Virus record (IMG/VR): IMGVR_UViG_2778261392_000002
Direction: 5' to 3' (one strand)
Length of the DNA: 10,810 bases
From: a virus
Taxonomy: Duplodnaviria > Heunggongvirae > Uroviricota > Caudoviricetes
The notes beneath the pieces are model-generated. The model did no database searches. It saw only the letters and a program-made list of their open reading frames with translations, and was not told where the DNA came from. Below, in pieces: positions 8,042 to 10,810 of the stretch. The translations under genes were made by a program, and so were the position numbers. Positions within the stretch are counted from its first letter, which is position 1; every line of letters starts with the position of its first letter.

Positions 8042-8078
8042 CCCATCAACCTTGAACCGAAATGGCGGGGTTGATGGG
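8042..8078 (-). terminator. Candidate intrinsic terminator for ybjL (minus strand): 10-bp stem CCCATCAACC / GGTTGATGGG with a U-tract on the minus strand
   Basis: Perfect 10-bp inverted repeat (8042-8051 and 8069-8078) preceded on the plus strand by the A-run 8036-8041, i.e. followed by UUUUUUGUU on the minus strand; about 113 nt downstream of the ybjL stop. The 17-nt loop is long for a canonical terminator. Confidence 0.4.
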
Positions 8079-8190
8079 CTCCACAAAATGGGGACATCAA
8101 AGAAAAGCAGTGGCACTAATTAAGACTGATGCCCTGCGGAAAAGTTCTGCGGTTGTGCAAAAAAATTTCATTTTCAGGGCAACTTCAGTT

Positions 8191-9876
8191 TTATCCTAAT
8201 CCTGGCCATACCATGACGATGATTGTCCCTGCCAGCGTCAGCAGGACGTTGGCGATTGCGTAGGTGCCCGCATAGCCCAGCGCAGGGATGTTACTGCGAG
8301 CTGTATCACTGATGATCTCCATTGCCGGCGCGCAGGTGCGTGCGCCCATCATTGCGCCGAACAACAGTGCGCGGTTCATTCGCAATACATAAGCACCGAA
8401 CAAGAAACAGATAACCACGGGCACAAGACTGACAATTAATCCGGCAATCAACATCTGACCGCCAATCGCGCCCAGGCCGTTATTAATACCGCTACCGGCG
8501 CTCAGACCAACGCCTGCCATAAACACCATCAAGCCGAACTCTTTCACCATGCTTAATGCACCTTGCGGAATGTAACCGAAGGTCGGGTGGTTAGCACGCA
8601 TAAAGCCCAGCATAATTCCGGCGAATAACAACCCGGCAGCGTTCCCCATGCCGAAACTGAATGTGCTGAACTGGAAGGTGATCATCCCGATCATCAGCCC
8701 AATAACAAAGAAGGCGCAAAATGCCAGCAGGTCAGTGACCTGGCTGTGAATCGAGATAAAGCCGATGCGATCGGCGATGGTTTTTACGCGACGGGCATCA
8801 CCGCTGACTTGTAAAACGTCACCTTTGTTAAGCACGACGTTGTCATCTATCGGCATCTCAATCTGGCTACGAATGACGCGGTTAAGGAAGCAACCGTGAT
8901 CGGTCAACTTCAGTTGTGCGAGACGTTTACCTACAGCGTTATGGTTTTTAACGACCACTTCTTCAGTGACGATACGCATGTCGAGAAGGTCACGATCGAA
9001 AACTTCTTTACCGTTACGGAAGCTGGGATCGAGTCGGGCATGGGCGTCGGGATAGCCTACCAACGCTATTTCATCGCCCATTTGTAGCACGGCATCACCG
9101 TCTGGATTTGCCAGAATCCCGTTACGTCGAATACGTTCAATGTAGCAGCCGGTTTGTCGATAAATACCCAGTTCACGCAGATTTTTGCCGTCGGTCCAGG
9201 CCACCAGCTCCGGGCCGACGCGATAGGCGCGGATCACCGGTAAATAAACCTTACGGTTGGCATCAGTGTCCAGGCCACGTTCGCGGGCGATTTGCTGGGC
9301 GCTGGTCTGTAAGTCCTGATGCTGCAATTTCGGCAAGTAACGCGCACCAACAATCAAACTCACCAGACCGATTAAATAGGTTAAGGCATACCCGAGGCTC
9401 AGATTATCCAGTGCCAGTGAGAGCTGCCTGCTTTCCATGCCGAAATGACGCAGTGTATCGCCAGCACCGACCAGAACCGGTGTCGACGTCATAGAGCCTG
9501 CTAACATACCGGCCGTCAGGCCAATATCCCAGCCAAACAGCTTACCTAACCCTAAGGCGATCACCAGCGCACTGCCAACCATCACCAGTGCTAACATTAG
9601 GTAATTTTTCCCATCGCGAAAAAAAATGGAAAAAAAGTTCGGTCCGGCTTCGACCCCGACGCAGAAAATAAACAGCATAAAGCCAAGATTAAGCGCATCG
9701 GTGTTAATGCTGAAATGTTGTTGGCCTAATAACAGCGATACGACTAAAACGCCAATGGAATTACCCAGTTGGATCGAACCAAGTCGTAACTTTCCGAGAC
9801 ATAGCCCAAGCGCGAGGACCACAAATAATAACAGAATGTAATTCCCATTTAACAATTCGGCGACGTTTATATTCAC
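8191..9876 (-). CDS. ybjL: Putative transporter YbjL (AAE-family membrane protein with central RCK_C/TrkA-C domains)
   Basis: 561-aa minus-strand ORF with hydrophobic N- and C-terminal halves flanking a soluble central region; sequence and length match E. coli YbjL as I recall it. Apparent GTG start at 9876. Confidence 0.92.
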   Translation of the reverse strand: MNINVAELLNGNYILLLFVVLALGLCLGKLRLGSIQLGNSIGVLVVSLLLGQQHFSINTDALNLGFMLFIFCVGVEAGPNFFSIFFRDGKNYLMLALVMVGSALVIALGLGKLFGWDIGLTAGMLAGSMTSTPVLVGAGDTLRHFGMESRQLSLALDNLSLGYALTYLIGLVSLIVGARYLPKLQHQDLQTSAQQIARERGLDTDANRKVYLPVIRAYRVGPELVAWTDGKNLRELGIYRQTGCYIERIRRNGILANPDGDAVLQMGDEIALVGYPDAHARLDPSFRNGKEVFDRDLLDMRIVTEEVVVKNHNAVGKRLAQLKLTDHGCFLNRVIRSQIEMPIDDNVVLNKGDVLQVSGDARRVKTIADRIGFISIHSQVTDLLAFCAFFVIGLMIGMITFQFSTFSFGMGNAAGLLFAGIMLGFMRANHPTFGYIPQGALSMVKEFGLMVFMAGVGLSAGSGINNGLGAIGGQMLIAGLIVSLVPVVICFLFGAYVLRMNRALLFGAMMGARTCAPAMEIISDTARSNIPALGYAGTYAIANVLLTLAGTIIVMVWPGLG

Positions 9877-10145
9877 GGAGGCTAACTTCTTGTTTACTAG
9901 TAAGCTGTTGAAAGAAATGGTAATTTACGATAATGTTTTTTACCAGAATTCAGGGCGCAGATTCATTCAGCGCACCTAAACGATAGTAAAGTAACAATAT
10001 ATTTTACTAGTGTAATCACATTAGGTATCAACGGCTATATGAATTGCGTTGGCCTATATTAGCATGGAATGCGAAGCGGCTTTATCTTACTGAACGCCAC
10101 ACTGGCGAAAAATGTGTTCGATAGACGCAGTGTCAGGAGGAACGA
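9877..10145. promoter_or_regulatory. Divergent ybjL/ybjM intergenic region, presumed to hold both promoters
   Basis: 269-bp AT-rich interval between divergently oriented genes; no specific -10/-35 pair could be assigned with confidence. Confidence 0.3.
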
Positions 10146-10523
10146 GTGAAACATAAACAACGTTGGGCGGGGGCAATCTGCTGTTTTGTCCTCTTCATTG
10201 TGGTGTGCCTTTTTCTGGCGACGCACATGAAAGGCGCTTTTCGGGCTGCCGGGCATCCTGAAATCGGCTTGCTATTTTTCATTCTTCCTGGAGCAGTTGC
10301 CAGTTTCTTTTCACAGCGTAGAGAAGTCCTGAAACCTCTATTTGGCGCAATGCTGGCGGCACCCTGTTCAATGCTCATTATGCGGCTGTTTTTTTCACCG
10401 ACGCGCTCATTCTGGCAAGAGCTGGCATGGTTACTAAGCGCGGTGTTCTGGTGTGCGCTGGGGGCACTGTGTTTCTTATTTATCAGTAGTTTGTTTAAAC
10501 CACAGCACAGAAAAAATCAGTAA
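10146..10523 (+). CDS. ybjM: Inner membrane protein YbjM
   Basis: 125-aa highly hydrophobic ORF with a GTG start preceded by AGGAGG at 10134-10139; gene order ybjL-ybjM-grxA matches the E. coli chromosome. Confidence 0.85.
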   Translation: MKHKQRWAGAICCFVLFIVVCLFLATHMKGAFRAAGHPEIGLLFFILPGAVASFFSQRREVLKPLFGAMLAAPCSMLIMRLFFSPTRSFWQELAWLLSAVFWCALGALCFLFISSLFKPQHRKNQ

Positions 10524-10544
10524 AGCCCTCAACGCGAGGGCTTG
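10523..10544. terminator. Hairpin between convergent ybjM and grxA (stem AAGCCCTC / GAGGGCTT, loop AACGCG), possible terminator mainly for grxA
   Basis: Perfect 8-bp inverted repeat between the two stop codons; on the minus strand a T-run (TTTTTT) follows six nt after the stem; there is no U-tract on the plus strand. Confidence 0.4.
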
Positions 10545-10552
10545 TCAGACGA

Positions 10553-10810
10553 TCAGGCGTCCAGATTTTCTTTCACCCATGCAGCAAAATCGGTATAGCC
10601 GCCGATATGTTGCTGATCGACAAAAATCTGCGGCACGGTTTCTACGGGTTTACCTGCCTTTTGTTGTAGATCTTCTTTAGTGATCCCTTCCGCACGAATA
10701 TCTACATACTGATACTGAAAATCATCGCGTTCATTGCTCAATTTCTCAGCCAGATCTTTTGCACGCACACAGTAAGGGCAACCCGAACGACCAAAAATAA
10801 CGGTTTGCAT
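10553..10810 (-). CDS. grxA: Glutaredoxin 1
   Basis: 85-aa minus-strand ORF MQTVIFGRSGCPYCVRAKD... with the CPYC active site; start codon is the last three bases of the window. The upstream regulatory region is off-window. Confidence 0.95.
   Translation of the reverse strand: MQTVIFGRSGCPYCVRAKDLAEKLSNERDDFQYQYVDIRAEGITKEDLQQKAGKPVETVPQIFVDQQHIGGYTDFAAWVKENLDA

Larger units (their letters stand above)
1..8190 (+). mobile_element. P2-family prophage, right arm (invertase plus tail cluster FI-FII-E/E'-T-U-D-ogr); left boundary off-window, right boundary (attR) unresolved within about 7956-8190
   Basis: Gene order and translated products match the P2 late tail operon and ogr; tightly packed co-directional genes with overlapping stop/start codons (T/U at 6064-6067, U/D at 6546-6549); it abuts the host gene ybjL. 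Confidence 0.8.

Noticed and set aside
8022-8183. Two similar motifs (AAATTTCAGGCAAC at 8022-8035; AAATTTCATTTTCAGGGCAAC at 8163-8183) considered as att core or Int arm sites
   Set aside because: Short, AT-rich and imperfect; without the other prophage end or a prophage-free reference I cannot distinguish them from chance.
8062-8202. 46-aa plus-strand ORF (MAGLMGSTKWGH...) in the ogr-ybjL gap
   Set aside because: No convincing RBS, it runs through the terminator-like hairpin and into the ybjL 3' end on the opposite strand; too short to assess by composition.
8896-9841. Plus-strand ORFs (63, 128 and 71 aa) inside ybjL
   Set aside because: Antisense to the conserved ybjL gene.
10059-10680. 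ORFs overlapping the ybjL-ybjM intergenic region, ybjM and grxA (10059-10256 minus, 10133-10378 minus, 10453-10680 plus)
   Set aside because: They overlap well-supported host genes or their promoter region in other frames and have no supporting features.
1-10810. Search for CRISPR arrays, tRNA or rRNA genes and IS-element terminal inverted repeats
   Set aside because: No regularly spaced direct repeats, no cloverleaf-compatible segments and no transposase-like ORFs were seen.

Overview
The window is the right arm of a P2-family (myovirus) prophage followed by conserved Enterobacteriaceae chromosome. From the translations I recognise, left to right: a Pin/Gin/Cin/Hin-type serine DNA invertase with a 26-bp crossover-like site at the window edge, then the P2 tail module FI (sheath), FII (tube), E and E+E' (chaperone pair made by a -1 frameshift), T (tape measure), U, D, and the zinc-finger late activator ogr. 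The prophage end (attR) must lie in the ~235-bp gap before the host genes ybjL (minus strand), ybjM (plus) and grxA (minus). I see no rRNA, tRNA, CRISPR array or IS element. I did not find an unexplained multi-gene cassette that would indicate a novel defence or accessory system; essentially all coding capacity is accounted for by these genes. The most notable items are the invertase and its site (implying an invertible tail-fibre segment just off-window), the E/E' slippery site, the degenerate repeats in an unusually long tape measure, and the prophage/ybjL junction. All protein identifications rest on my recollection of the families, not on a database search.
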